From: Octopus sinensis
Taxonomy: Eukaryota
DNA length: 64,000 nt
Direction: 5' to 3'
Assembly: GCF_006345805.1 (NCBI RefSeq)
Contig: NC_043020.1
Location: forward strand, 9,052,001-9,116,000
Made by a program: the position numbers and the translations under genes
Part shown: in pieces, positions 1 to 12,208 of the stretch
Position numbering within the stretch: the first letter of the stretch is position 1
How the letters are laid out: every line of letters starts with the position of its first letter
Notes under the pieces: generated by a model
Databases searched by the model: none
Told to the model about the DNA's origin: nothing
The model's input: only the letters and a program-made list of their open reading frames with translations

Positions 1-244
1 TCAAAATCTCATAGCTACAAGATAATGCATTTAAACTGGCCATATCCGGCCTAAAGTATTCTGCCTGTTTTATGTTCAAATTGGCCAGATCTGGTCCCTC
101 ACACCAGCCCTACAATATCATTTTAAAAATTAACAGCTACCTCATCAAAATCTCATAGCACCAAGATAATGCCTAATTAGTTCAAGGCAATGTGGATAAA
201 AAAGGATTCATTTTGGCAGAATAATGCGAACACTAAAGGGTTAA
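1..244 (+). mobile_element. piggyBac-type MITE (P1), internally duplicated, left end outside the window
   Basis: Ends ...ctaaaggg-TTAA at 241-244; body near-identical to 11980-12208 and 20437-20665; the first 28 nt repeat an internal segment. Confidence 0.75.
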
Positions 245-460
245 GGGCATACCCATACATATAGCCGAGTATACCTATTCTGTTCAACAACTCTGGTGTG
301 AAGAACAAAAAGAATGACAATTATTTCTTAATTAGCAAAATCTCTTAAAAAACTAGTTTCCAGATTTTGATTTTAAAGTTTCAATTACGAGTTTGATTGA
401 GGCTCATTTATTTTCTTCATTGATATTTTGCGTATTTTAAAAAAAAATATTTTATTTTAC

Positions 461-554
461 CATTTAACGTGTTTTTCTCTGCTTCCATGGATGGAATTTT
501 GTACTTTATTGACGATGGTTTTGGTGTTTTCCTTGTTGGTGCTGCTACGGACAT
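461..554 (-). CDS. Possible first coding exon of an unidentified minus-strand gene (MSVAAPTRKTPKPSSIKYKIPSMEAEKNTLN, phase-1 donor)
   Basis: ATG at 554-552 in caaATG context, 31 non-repetitive codons, then G|GTAAAA at 461/460; no homology recognised. Confidence 0.2.
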
Positions 555-749
555 TTGCGTAATTTTGATGTAATTATTCTCTGTTCTTTAAGCTGCACAA
601 TGCTGTTTCCTCTTCTGCTGCAAAAGCGCTCATCTGTGAAGCAGTGGTGCAGTGCAGCTTGTTGCTGGAGTTGGCTTTCCAGGAGGGGGAAGTGCCGTTT
701 GCTCTCTAGCGAGTCCAACACCAGCAACAATAGACCGCTCCCCCACTTT

Positions 750-975
750 CTCCCACTTCCCTGCACTTCTCATTGTTCTCCCCCCATCTTGCTCCCCCTC
801 CTCCTCCTCTTCTTCTTCCCACTCCTGCACACACTCCTCCCCACCACCATCTTCACTCATCCCTCTCCTTCCCCTTATCCTCCCTGCCCACATTCCTCCT
901 CATCCTCTCCCCCTCCCCCTCCTCTTCATCTCTCCCTCCTCCTCCTCCTCCCCCTCCCCCTCATCCTCCTCCAGT
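750..975. repeat. Pyrimidine-rich (CCT/CT) low-complexity tract
   Basis: Direct reading; source of the Pro/Ser/Leu-rich ORFs. Confidence 0.9.
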
Positions 976-1064
976 AACTGATTCTCCCGCTGCTAAGAGC
1001 CCCCCCCCGTCATGTCATCTCGTTTATTCTTCTGTTGTTTGGCCAGCTGGCAGTCTCCCCCCCC

Positions 1065-1090
1065 GCTTCCGCCCCGGAAACCATGGTAAC
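1065..1090. promoter_or_regulatory. Candidate promoter motif cluster (two ETS-like cores around a GC box, plus an RFX X-box-like site)
   Basis: gcttccgccccggaaaccatggtaac: CTTCCG/CCGGAA, CCGCCC, and GAAACC-AT-GGTAAC vs GTNRCC-N0-3-RGYAAC (1 mismatch). Confidence 0.3.
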
Positions 1091-1302
1091 TGGAAACTGC
1101 GAATCAGTTTCAAGTTTTTGTATTCTGAGTTCCAATCCTTCCAGGGTTAAAGAAATATCAAGGCCTGAGGTCAGTTCAATGACATTTAACTCTCCCACCA
1201 TGTGAGAGATCTTATGTTGATACACCAGGAGAACCTTTGTTGGAAATGATTATAAATTATGATAATTGATATGATGGTGGGAATAGATTATTATGATTAT
1301 TG

Positions 1303-1865
1303 GGTATGGCTGTGTGGTAAAAGGTTTGCTTCCCCAGCCAGGTCCAATCCCACTACACAGGTGTCTTCTATTGACCAAAACCTTGTGAGTGGATTTAGCA
1401 AATGGAAACTGAAAGAATCCCGTCATGTATATTATTGGCACGTAAAAGCACCATCCGTTCGTGTCCATTGCCAGCCTTGCCTGGCCCCCGTGCCAGTGGC
1501 ACGTAAAAGCACCATCCATTCGTGGCCGTTTGCCAGCTCCATCTGGCACCTGTGCGGGTGGCACGTAAAAAGCACCCACTACACTCACGGAGTGGTTGGC
1601 GTTAGGAAGGGCATCCAGCCGTAGAAACACTGTCAGATCTGACTGGGCCTGATGCGGCCTTCTGGCTTCACAGACCCCAGTTGAACCGTCCAACCCATGC
1701 TAGCATGGAAAACGGACGCTAAATGATGATGATGATGATGATATGTATATATCTTTGTGTATATTTGTCCCCTACTATTGCTTGATGGCCTGTGTTGGTT
1801 TGTTTACATCCTTGTTGCTTAGCAGTTTGGTAAAAGTGACCAATAAAATAAGTACCAGACTTAAA
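1303..1865 (+). mobile_element. SINE family A (tRNA head, CORE-like box) interrupted by a family C copy
   Basis: Head ggctgtgtggtaa...gaaactgaaagaa at 1303-1432; body resumes after 1742. Confidence 0.75.
1433..1742 (+). mobile_element. SINE family C ((GAT)n tail)
   Basis: ggcacgtaaaaagcacc...gttggcgttaggaagggcatccagc...cccatgctagcatggaaa...(gat)n; atgtatat flanks both sides. Confidence 0.8.
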
Positions 1866-1874
1866 AACAATCCT

Positions 1875-2430
1875 TTGCACAAGGGCTGAAATTTGGTGGG
1901 AGGGGGCCAGTTGATCAGATCGATCCCCAGTATGCAACTGGTACTTAATTTATTGACCCCGAAAGAATGAAAGGCAAAGTCGGCTTTGGTGGAATTTGAA
2001 CTTGGAATGTAAAGACAGACAAAATACTTCTAAGCATTTTGCCCAGTATGCTAATGATTCTGCCAGCTTGCTACCCTTATAATAATCCTTTCTACTGAAG
2101 GCATAAGGCTTGAAATTTAGGGTAGTGAGATAGTTGATTACATTGACCCCAGTACTCTACTGGTACTTATTTTATCAACTCTGAAAGGATAAAAGGCAAA
2201 GCTGACCTTGGTGGAATTTGAACTCAGAACATAAAGACGGACGAAATACTGCTAAACATTTTGCCCGGCATGCTAACGATTCTGCCAGCTCTCTGCCTTA
2301 ATAATAATAATAATAATTATTATTTCTTTACTGCCCACAGGGGGCTAAACATAGAGAAGACAAACAAGGACAGAGAAAGGGATTAAGTCAATTATTTCGA
2401 CCCCAGTGCGTAACCGGTACTTATTTAATA
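1875..2430 (-). mobile_element. SINE family B, two copies plus a tail fragment
   Basis: Reverse complement of gagttcaaattccgccgaggtcgactttgcctttcatcctttcggggtcgataaattaagtaccag (central domain resembling MetaSINE-type cores, from recall). Confidence 0.75.
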
Positions 2431-2519
2431 ATAATAATAATAAAGGTGGTAGACTGGCAGAATTGCTAGCATGTTTGACAAAACACTTAACAGTCTTTTC
2501 TGATTCTATCTTTCAGTGT

Positions 2520-2830
2520 CATTGAAATGACACTCCGTCGGTTATGATGATGAGGGTTTCAGTTGATTTGATCAACAGAATAGCCTGCTCCTGATAATTA
2601 ACATACAAGTGGGTGAGTACTCCACAGACATGCATACCCTCAATGCAGTACAACACAGTGTGACAAGGCTGGCCCCTTTTGAATTACAGGTACAACTCAC
2701 TTTTGCTAGCTGAGTGGACTGGAGCAACGTGAAATAAAGTGTCTTGCTCAAGGACACAGCGCGTCACCAGGAGTTGAACTCACAACCTTACACTTATAAG
2801 CTGAGTACCCTAACCACTAAGCCATGGGTC
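2520..2830 (-). mobile_element. SINE family D (tRNA-derived)
   Basis: Reverse-complement match to the full copy at 47947-48333. Confidence 0.75.
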
Positions 2831-3157
2831 ATTGAAATAAGTATCTGTTAAATATTGGGGTTGACGTAATCAACTTGCCCCTTCCCCTCCAGAGTTTAAG
2901 GGTTTTGAATTAGTTGAGAAGTCCCAACCTCCACTGCTTCTCACACCCCTGATATGTATCTATGGGTTTATTTAAGAAAACAAACGGGTATATATTTATT
3001 TTTCATGTATTTTCATTTTGTTGCCGACAATAATCTACTTAGTTGTTTTATGGCTTATCTCTTTTACTACGTATTTTTTTTCTTTTTTTACTTATATTTA
3101 TTTTTCTGCTGCATAAAAATAATCCGGTCTTGTATCATTTAATGGTTCAATTAACTG

Positions 3158-3195
<38 letters not shown>

Positions 3196-3275
3196 TTATA
3201 TACACACACACACTAGCAGATTGCGCAAGCTTTCTTTGTGCTGTCCAATATACATACATTACGCATGTTTAAATA

Positions 3276-3311
<36 letters not shown>

Positions 3312-3419
3312 ACATTATAATATACATATACACATACATTTATACAGATATATACGCACGCACATATTTATACAAACACACACGTACATACACACTTGTA
3401 ATGTAGGTAATCCACGTGC

Positions 3420-3647
3420 AGGCAACGTGTGTCTGTATTTAGAATGGATTTAATCTAATCTGCCGTCTCTTGTATTTTCCGCACGAGTGGCAAATCAACT
3501 TTGCCATGCGTTTGCAACGGAATCTTGCATTTTAATCACCACAAACTAAACAGTTGTTAATTAGAAGCCATTTACCAACAAGTCCATCTCTACTCTTGTC
3601 TGAGGGGATTCTATTTTGCCGTATTTTTTCGTTTCGTTCAGGTAAGA
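3420..3647 (+). other. Candidate non-coding first exon ending at a strong donor (CAG|GTAAGA, exon end 3641)
   Basis: Unique, CpG-retaining sequence between microsatellites; E-box CACGTG nearby; strong donor. Confidence 0.25.
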
Positions 3648-3734
3648 CCCTGTTTCTGGTATCAATTTAAAACTTCCTGTATTTGTTTTATATTTGTTTT
3701 GTTTTATTTTCATCTTGCTCTCTTTCTCTCTTTT

Positions 3735-4151
3735 CTCTCTTTTACTTGTTTCAGTCATTTGACTGCGGCCATGCTGGAGCACCGCCTTTTTTAACGAGCA
3801 ACTCGACCCCGGGACTTATTCTTTTGTAAGCCCAGTCTTATTCCTATCGGTCTCTTTGCCGAACCGCTAAGTAACGGAGACAATAAACACACCCGCATCG
3901 GTTGTCAAGCAAACAACACACATACATATATATATATATTATATCTATATTAATATATATATATATATATATCACACACATATATACGACAGGCTTCTTT
4001 CAGTTTCCATCTACCAAATCCACCCTCACAAGGCTTTGGTCGGCCCGAGGCTATAGCAGAAGGCACTTGCCCAAGATGTCACGCAGTGGGACTGAACCCA
4101 GAACCATGTGGTTGGTTAGCAAGCTACTTACCACACAGCCACTCCTGCGCC
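3735..4151 (-). mobile_element. SINE family A, full length
   Basis: tacttgtttcagtcatttgactgcggcc tail to cactcctgcgcc head. Confidence 0.9.
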
Positions 4152-4699
4152 TATTTGTTTTGTTTTTTTTCCATTTTCCTCACAAGATGTGTCAGCATCG
4201 ACAGGGAAATATTGTTCATCTTGTTGAAATTTTTGATTTTGATTTAACCTTTTATTTCATTCAGATTTCTCTGTCAAACGTAATGCTTGTTCATTCGCAT
4301 TGTTTGGAATTAATCCTGCATTATCTCATAGCTTTGAGATTTTGAAGATGTGATTGTTTATTTTAAAAATAACATTGTAAGGTGGGTGTGAGAGAGGCCG
4401 AAAGCGGCCAGTTTGACCATAAAACCAGAAGGATGTTTGGGTCAGATGTGATCAGTTTAAATGCTAAAGTGTTAATGTTAAGCTCAGTTTGCCCTGATCT
4501 GGCATACGTATGACCAGATGCATTCTTTTTATGACCATTTTGTCTTTTATTCACAAATAGTGCTCTCTCGATTATTGTGTTGTCTGTTAGGGGTCTTGTA
4601 GGTTGGTGAACTAAATGCTTTTGGTATTCTGTCTTCTGCCTTTGTTTTTTGTTTTTTTTAAGCATCAGTACCCTTGGGGTCAATTATCTTTTTCATTGT

Positions 4700-4975
4700 T
4701 GCCAGCCTCGCCTGGCCCTCATGCCGGTGGCACATAAAAAGCACCATCCGTTCGTGCCGTTTGCCAGCTCTGTCTGGCACCTGTGCCGGTGGCACGTAAA
4801 AAGCACCCACTACACTCGCGGAGTGGTTGGCGTTAGGAAGGGCATCCAGCCGTAGAAACGCTGCCAGATTTGACTGGGCCTGATGAAGCCTTCTGGCTCC
4901 ACAGACCCCAGTAGAACCGTCCAACCCATGCTAGCATGGAAAACGGATGCTAAACGATGATGATGATGATGATGA
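4700..4975 (+). mobile_element. SINE family C
   Basis: Same diagnostic motifs as 1433-1742, (gat)n tail. Confidence 0.85.
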
Positions 4976-5074
4976 TTGTTCAGGGGTCTGATGAGATAAA
5001 CACCAGTCATATATTGAGCTTGACTGTAACCAAGTATAAACCCTTTCCTGAACTTTGGGCCTATCTTATAGCTT

Positions 5075-5645
5075 TTCACTCGTTTCAGTCATTTAACCAT
5101 GGCCATGCTGGGGCACAGCCTTCAGGAATTTTAGCCAAATTAATCAATGCCAGCACTTTATTTTTCTTTTTAAGCCTTGTACTTTATCGGTCTCTTTTGC
5201 TGAACTGCTAAGTTATGGGGACGTAAGCACACCAACACTGGTTGTCAAGCAGTGGTGGGGAACAACACACACACACACACATTTATACACACACACATTT
5301 ATACACACGCACATTTATACACACGCACATTTATACACACGCACATTTATACACACGCACATTTATACACACGCACATTTATACACGCGCACACACACAT
5401 ACATATTTATACACCACACACACACACACACACACACACATATTTATATACACACACACACACACATATTTATACACACACACACATGCACAACAAGCTT
5501 CTCTCAGTTTCTATCTACCAAATCCACTCACAAAGCTTCGGTCCGCCCGAGGCTACAGTAGAAGACACTTGCCCAAAGTGCCATGCAGTGGGACTGAACT
5601 CAGAACCATGTGTTTGGCAAGCAAGCTTCTTACCGCACAGCCTCC
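5075..5645 (-). mobile_element. SINE family A with expanded internal (CA)n / 16-bp acacgcacatttatac array
   Basis: Tail 5075-5260, array 5260-5490, head 5495-5645. Confidence 0.8.
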
Positions 5646-6284
5646 GGGATTATTATTTTTGTCTTGTCATGTTTCCTGTTGTCATTGTTGTCAAGATAAT
5701 TGTTGTTGTTGTTGTTTACACCAGTTTTCCTGTCTCAGTGGATGTCGGACGGGTTTTATTACAGCCTGAGTCACCTGGCACACGCAGATACATATGCCTT
5801 CACAACACACACCACATGTATTCATTCATGCATACACGTGTTCAATCATGCGTGCACACATTCATTCATATGCATGCACGCACACATACGCTTTACATTT
5901 ATGCTCACGTGTACGCATTCATTTAGACACATACACAATCATTTAAGCGCACACACACACACACACATGCGCGTACAACACACGCGTGCACACACACACA
6001 CATGTACACACACATGTACACACACATGTACACACACACACACGCACATACACGCACACATGTACATGTACACACATACGTACACACACAGTACACAACT
6101 GGTACTTATTTTATTGACCCCTGAAAGGATAAAAGGCAAAGTTGACCGTGGCGGAATTTGAACTCGGAATGTAAATGTGGATGAAACACTAAGTGTTTTG
6201 CCCAGCGTGCTATCGATTCTGCCACTTTAGTTTACAAATATTGATGTTTCTAATTAAACCCTGCCAACCCACAGTGATATTCAT

Positions 6285-6835
6285 CATCATTATCATCCAT
6301 CATTTTAAATCCGGGTTTTGTCCCCTGTTAACAAGGGTGGCCAGATCTTGATGCCATAGCAACCACCCTCACGCCATCTTGCCCGGTTTTAGGCATCCTC
6401 CCTTCTCAAGCCAACCCTCCCAATCTCTTCCTCCACCTGTCCCCTCCACATTTTCCTTGGTCTACCTCACTTTCGCTCTCCATTTATCTCAAACTCAAAC
6501 ACCATCTTCAGCACATGCTCCTCATCCCTCCTCAACACATGCCCATACCACTGCACTCCATTCACCCTTGCCAGCCATTCCACTGATTCCTCCAACCCCC
6601 AGCATCTCCATCAAATCCTCAGTCCTCCTCTTATCCAACAGCCTCATGCCACACATTTCTCTCACCAATGCTCTCTCAGTCCTTCTCTAAATCACTCTCT
6701 CAAATACCATCTCTCCCTCCCATACAGCATTGCAGCTCTCACACAACTCCTATAGACCCTTCCTTTCATCTTCATGGAGAACCTTTTCCCATATAACAGC
6801 GCTCCACATTCCCTGAACTTCACACATTCGACATG
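6285..6835 (-). pseudogene. RTE-clade LINE 3' fragment (RT C-terminal region, frameshifted)
   Basis: Minus strand reads MCGMRLLDKRRTEDLMEMLG / LEESVEWLARVNGVQWYGHVLRRDEEHVL...*GRPRKMWRGQVEEE, typical RTE WxGHV...RGRP motifs; (gat)n-like tail at about 6285. Confidence 0.85.
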
Positions 6836-7192
6836 TTAAAAGATGGTTAACAATTTAATTATGAAAAAATTGATAGGAGTCTCTGATGGTGTTGGTGGGT
6901 GCTAACCAGTTGAGTCTGTAAGGAATTAGTAGCCAAAGACCATTCCCCCAAAATGGTTCAACACTTCTTAACTGAGCCTTCATAATAGCAGACAAATATT
7001 GTGGCATTTTTATCATTTTCTCTTTTCTGTTCTTCTGAAGAATGTCACTCGTTTCTCAGAATTCCGGTTTTGATTTTGCTAAAACACTTAGTCCATGTCC
7101 ATCTACATTCACATAGATATACGACTCTAACCACTCTGTAGTGTAGTTCCATAGCTGTAAACAGTGGCAGCACTGTAAAGTTGCTAGATGTT

Positions 7193-7396
7193 TTAACCCT
7201 TTTCTGTGTATCTTTCAATTATTTAAAATATATCAAAGAATTTAGTAAAATAACTCAGTTATCATTCAGCTAGTGTTAGGTATATAAATTGCGACTAAGG
7301 TTTGGTGGTATACTTTAATGCAAAACTTATGAAAACAAGACATTTGTACTACAGAGCCAGAGCCGGTTTTGGCCGGGCTGGTAACGAAAGGGTTAA
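7193..7396. mobile_element. piggyBac-type MITE (P2)
   Basis: TTAA-ccctt...aaggg-TTAA termini; interior unlike P1. Confidence 0.7.
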
Positions 7397-8384
7397 TTAG
7401 GTTTAGTAAAATAACTAAGCAACTGTGTGCTTAGAACACAAATCAACATGGAATTGTGATGCCATGTTTTAACTTGGATCCCTTTGAAATGGGAAAGTTT
7501 GTATCATAGAACCCCAAAATAGTTTCAGGCTGGTCGATATCAGAAGAAGGGTTTTAACAGGAACCACTCTGTTGTGAGCACCCCTCCTTTCCTCCCACAC
7601 CCGTGTCTCAGGAAAAGGGTCATGGGCAGAGATCCGCCCCCCCCTACCCAGACAGTCCATTAAACAGAAAATACATCAGTAGATAATTACCTGTTGCTAG
7701 ATATCTGCTGTGGTGTGATGGGTGGTGGGGTGGGGGCATCGAAGCAATTTTTCTAACATTGGTGAAAATGGTTGCTGATCAATAACTGATTGATCTGCCC
7801 AATCATATATTCAACGGTATTTTGTTATTTGTTCATTTTTGTTTTGTGATGGATGCGTGTGTGTGTGGTGTGTGTGTGTGGTGTGTGAGGGGGTGGTGTT
7901 GGGGGTGGGGACGTTCGGTTTGTTTTCCAAAAAAAAAAGAAGAAAAAAAAAGAAAACTGGACCGATGCCATAATTGTTAAGTCTAGCTTAAATAATCTGC
8001 AGAGTTCCATTGTAATTTGAGTCTACAATTGTTTCGTTGTCCCATCCTCACACGACCCCCACACCTTTAACACAATAGTGGTTACAGTGATGATGGTGGT
8101 GGTGGTCGTGGTGGGGATTTTTGTAACTACCGAAGTTGCTAAGGTAATGCTTCTGTGCCATTTCTGCACTTCTCCCCGGCCTGTGTGTGTGTCAAATTTT
8201 ATTGTGCATGTCTGTCTGCACACACACAAGTGGTAGGTGCGTGTATCATGTAATTTAGCTGCAAGTCAATCCTGATTAAGCAGATCTTTAGTCGAAAGTA
8301 TTCCCGCCATGACCATCCTCACATTTTGGGTGTATTTAGCAAGAACTGTGTTATTGAATGTCCTTTTCTTTGCCAGTAAGATTT

Positions 8385-8451
8385 GTACATATATACTGTG
8401 TACATGTTTTGTACATATGTACTGTACGTATGCATCTACATACATACTCAC

Positions 8452-8489
<38 letters not shown>

Positions 8490-8900
8490 CAATGTATGTA
8501 TGTGTATTTACATATGTATATACATACATACTGTATGTGTGTGTATCTACATATATATATATACACATAAATATATACACACATATATACATATGTATAC
8601 ATGTACATATATATGTATACATGTACGTATATATATATATATATATATGTATACGTGTGTATACATGTACGTATATATATATATGTATACGTGTGTATAC
8701 ATGTACACATATATATATGTATACATGTACACATATATATATGTATATACATGTGCATATGTATATATATATATGTATGCATGTACATATGTATATATAT
8801 ATGTATGCATGTACATATGTATATATTATATATGTATATGTATGTATATATATGTATGTACATGTATGTATGTATGTATATACATGTGAATATGTATGTA
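8385..8900. repeat. Compound (TA)n/(CA)n/(TATG)n microsatellite
   Basis: Direct reading. Confidence 0.95.
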
Positions 8901-9495
8901 TACCTATGTATGTTTGTGTTGTTTCTCCACTGGTAATAGAAGAAAGTCAAGTCTCACATGATTATAATTAAATAATTAATTAAGGAATTATTAAGTGATC
9001 TTTAAGATGTTATCCACTTTATAAACCTGTTTGGTGAGTGTGTGGGGTGGGTGGGAGGAAGGATGTTTATGATTTTTAACCCCACCCCACCCCCACTGGT
9101 TGGTTTGAACCAACCCATGCCTGACCTGACCTGAACATCTGCAGGGTGAGGCCATTGTGAGCAGGGGCGCGAGCAGGGTGAGACTAGGAAATGGCTTTGC
9201 AAGGAAAGTGAAAGGAAATCTGTTTCTAACAAAGGATTTTAAGGAGAAATATTTATTAAAAACCAACTTTTTTTGTACAACAACAAAGTCAGCTTTTAAT
9301 GGCTATTTCTTTATTTCATATTATTTCTCAGCAAATTTTTTTTATTTTTTCATTTTGAAAGAAATTTCACTGAAAATTTCAAATGCATCACACACACACA
9401 TATATTGTGTTAGAAAAAGCTAAGCCACAACACACACGTGTATATGTGTGATGTTGTAGCTTAATTTTCCAGTACAAATGTATGTGTTGTGTACA

Positions 9496-9550
<55 letters not shown>

Positions 9551-9884
9551 TATATATAATATATATATATAATATTTATATATATATAATATCTGTGTCT
9601 ATGTCTATCTCTCTCTCTCTCTCTCTCTGTAGGTAGGTATGTATATGGGGGGGCAGTTGAAATTTTTTTTCCTTTGAATCTATTTTTATATAAATATATA
9701 AACAAAATCTTGAACTTGTTTATCTTGTTAGAAAACAAACCTAACAATAGCAGGCTGTTGGCTGTATTGGTATTGTCAGCTCACATGGAGTAGATACCAA
9801 GGTTTCAATCCTAGCGCACGGGAGGCAAAAATGGTGTATTGCTGCCTTCTACCAAACTGTCTTGAATATATGGTTACAATAAAA

Positions 9885-10050
9885 AAAAGCACCCACTACA
9901 CTCACGGAGTGGTTGGTGTTAGGAAGGGCATCCAGCCGTAGAAACACTGCCAGATCAGACTGGGCCTGATGCAGCCTTCTGGCTTCACAGACCCCAGTTG
10001 AACCGTCCAACCCATGCTAGCATGGAAAGCGGATGCTAAATGATGATGAT
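9885..10050 (+). mobile_element. SINE family C, 3' part
   Basis: aaaagcacccactacactc...catgctagcatggaaagcgg...(gat)n. Confidence 0.85.
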
Positions 10051-10544
10051 GGTATTGGACAAGGAAATGTTCTCTGCTTCTGCAGCGAATTGTCATTTTA
10101 CCCAAGACAAAATTTTTAGTCTTGTTTTTGTGTAAAATCACAAAACCAGAAGTGAGAATTGGCCAGGGAAGGAGGGAGTCTTTTACAGGATTGCTTGACC
10201 TAATGGAAGTAGCTGTCAAATCTACACTCTACTGTCCAGGAACAAAAAGGAAATGGAAAAGAAAACTATTTTGAGTGAGCTAGCTATATATATCTATATA
10301 TGTATGTATATATATATATAAAATCATTGTTACCCTAATTCTTCTTGCGTCTTTCGTGTTGGCATGGGCTGGATGGTTTGATAAGAGGTAGCGAGCTTAG
10401 TGGATTGTGCCAAGGTCCACTCTCTGCTTTGGCATGGTTTCCACAGCTGAATGCCCTTCCTATAACCAACTGCTTTTCCCAAAACTCTTTATATGTATGT
10501 ATGTATGTATATATATATATATACATACACACACACACCACACA

Positions 10545-10885
10545 GACACAGGTGTGTGGTAAGAAGCTTGCTTCTCGACCACATGTGTTCAGTCCCACTG
10601 CATGGCATCTTGGGTGTCTTCTACTATAACCCTGGGCTGACCAAAGCCTTGTGAGTGGATTTGGTAGATGGAAACTGAAAGAAGCCCGTCGTATATGTTT
10701 ATGTGTTTGTCTTTATGTCTGTGTTAATCCCCCAACTATCACTTGACAACCAATGTTGGTGTGTTTACGTCCCCACAATTTAGTGGTTTGGCAAAAGAGA
10801 CCGATAGAATAAGTACTGGGCTTACAAAGAATATCCTGGAGTCGATTTCTTTAAGGCAGTGCTCCAGCATGACTGAAACAAGTAA
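10545..10885 (+). mobile_element. SINE family A
   Basis: Head gtgtgtggtaagaagcttgc to tail cagcatgactgaaacaagta. Confidence 0.8.
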
Positions 10886-11134
10886 CCAAAAATACACACA
10901 ACTTGTATAGTGTTTAAGTATTGATGGTATTGAACATACTAGTGTCAAAGGGCCTGCAAAGGTCATGGGTGTTGTCCCTTCAACCTGATGAGACTCAAAA
11001 GAAAATAAATTCTAAATAGAGGACTGGATGGGCATGGCTAGAACATTAGGGCATGTTATCTGGTACTCTAATGGCTCTGTCACTCCCACCCTGGGCATAC
11101 CTGTTAAACAGTTTTAAATGGATCTTACATTTCA

Positions 11135-11500
11135 TATCGGGCAAGTGGTGCCTATGTTGCACATTTGGTTTGGGTCTGTTACCAGTTGAAATGAAGTCTA
11201 CATTTCACATCTTCCTTAGCCTGTTACCAGATGAAATGAGGGCCTACAGGTCACACCTACTTTGACTCTTTTTCCAGTTGAAATGGAAGCCTATATTTCA
11301 CACCTACCCTGGGTCTATTACCAGTTAATTCACACCTGCCCTGGGTTTGTTACCAGTTGAAATGGGGCCCTACATTTCACACCTACCCTGGCTCTTTTAA
11401 CAGTTAAAATGAGGCCCTACATTTCACACGTGCCCTGGGTATTTTACCAGTTGAAATGGGGCCCTACATTTTGCATCTAGCCTCACCCTATTACCATCTG
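11135..11500. repeat. 47-bp minisatellite, about 7.5 degenerate copies, each with an internal palindrome
   Basis: ccagttgaaatg-like anchors at 11182, 11227, 11274, 11321, 11353, 11400, 11447, 11494; unit contains TGAAATG-gggcccta-CATTTCA. Confidence 0.85.
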
Positions 11501-11979
11501 TGCACGGGTTTGACTCCACCACCCAGTAACAATAATAATTTTTCTTTTTTTTTCTACCTGTTCTTAGGATTATGTTGATTTATATACAAATTCCGGCATG
11601 CTTTTAAAAACGTGATTAATATATATCTGAGGAGATAAGTGGATTAATGTAATCCAATTGATCATTTTTATCTGTTGTTTTTCTTTTGTTCTTTTATATT
11701 GGAAAGAAGGTTAGGGTAGGTTTTAATTTTCACACACCTACACAGATTTCTGTGTTGGCAACCATTTCAAATTTTTTCACTTTGTAACGAATATTTCTTC
11801 TTGTTCTCAATTACCTTATTCACCTCCCATTTTCACTTCCCCAGTTTCCTGTGAAAGCTGTCATAAAATTAAGTTTCGTCATCAGAATTTCCTGAGCAAC
11901 TTTTTAGCTTGTTTTTAAGGTTTTATGAAAACACAAAAATAAACAATAAATAACGCTTATCTTTTATCTAAAATATCAT

Positions 11980-12208
11980 TTAACCCTTTAGCATTTAAAC
12001 CGGCCATATCCGGCCAAAAGTATTCTGCCTGTTTTATGTTCAAACTGGCCAGATCTGGTCTCTCACACCAACCCTACAATATCGTTTTAAAAATTAACAG
12101 CTACCTCATCAAAATCTCATAGCTACAAGATAATGCACGATTAGTTCAAAACAATTTGGATGAAAAAGCATTAATTTTGGTAGAATAATGCAAACACTAA
12201 AGGGTTAA
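11980..12208 (+). mobile_element. piggyBac-type MITE (P1), complete
   Basis: TTAA-ccctttag ... ctaaaggg-TTAA. Confidence 0.85.

Noticed and set aside
8266-8971. Many long ORFs ([18 protein letters not shown] types) here and at 5242-5926, 15710-16516, 22195-22873, 40284-41354, 47366-47757
   Set aside because: They are translations of microsatellites or minisatellites lacking stop codons; no domain content
9421-9468. Small pre-miRNA-like hairpin (taagccacaacacacac / gtgtgatgttgtagctta)
   Set aside because: Too short, and largely explained by CA/TG microsatellite complementarity
10985-11004. CTGATGA-gactcaaaa-GAAA
   Set aside because: The intervening bases do not pair; no stems I or III
11135-11500. 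CRISPR-like appearance of the palindromic 47-bp array (also the 35-bp array at 57165-57485)
   Set aside because: No unique spacers, no cas genes, and a eukaryotic intronic context
11873-11885. CTGATGACGAAAC on the minus strand (hammerhead core words)
   Set aside because: No stem II and no stem III/NUH site
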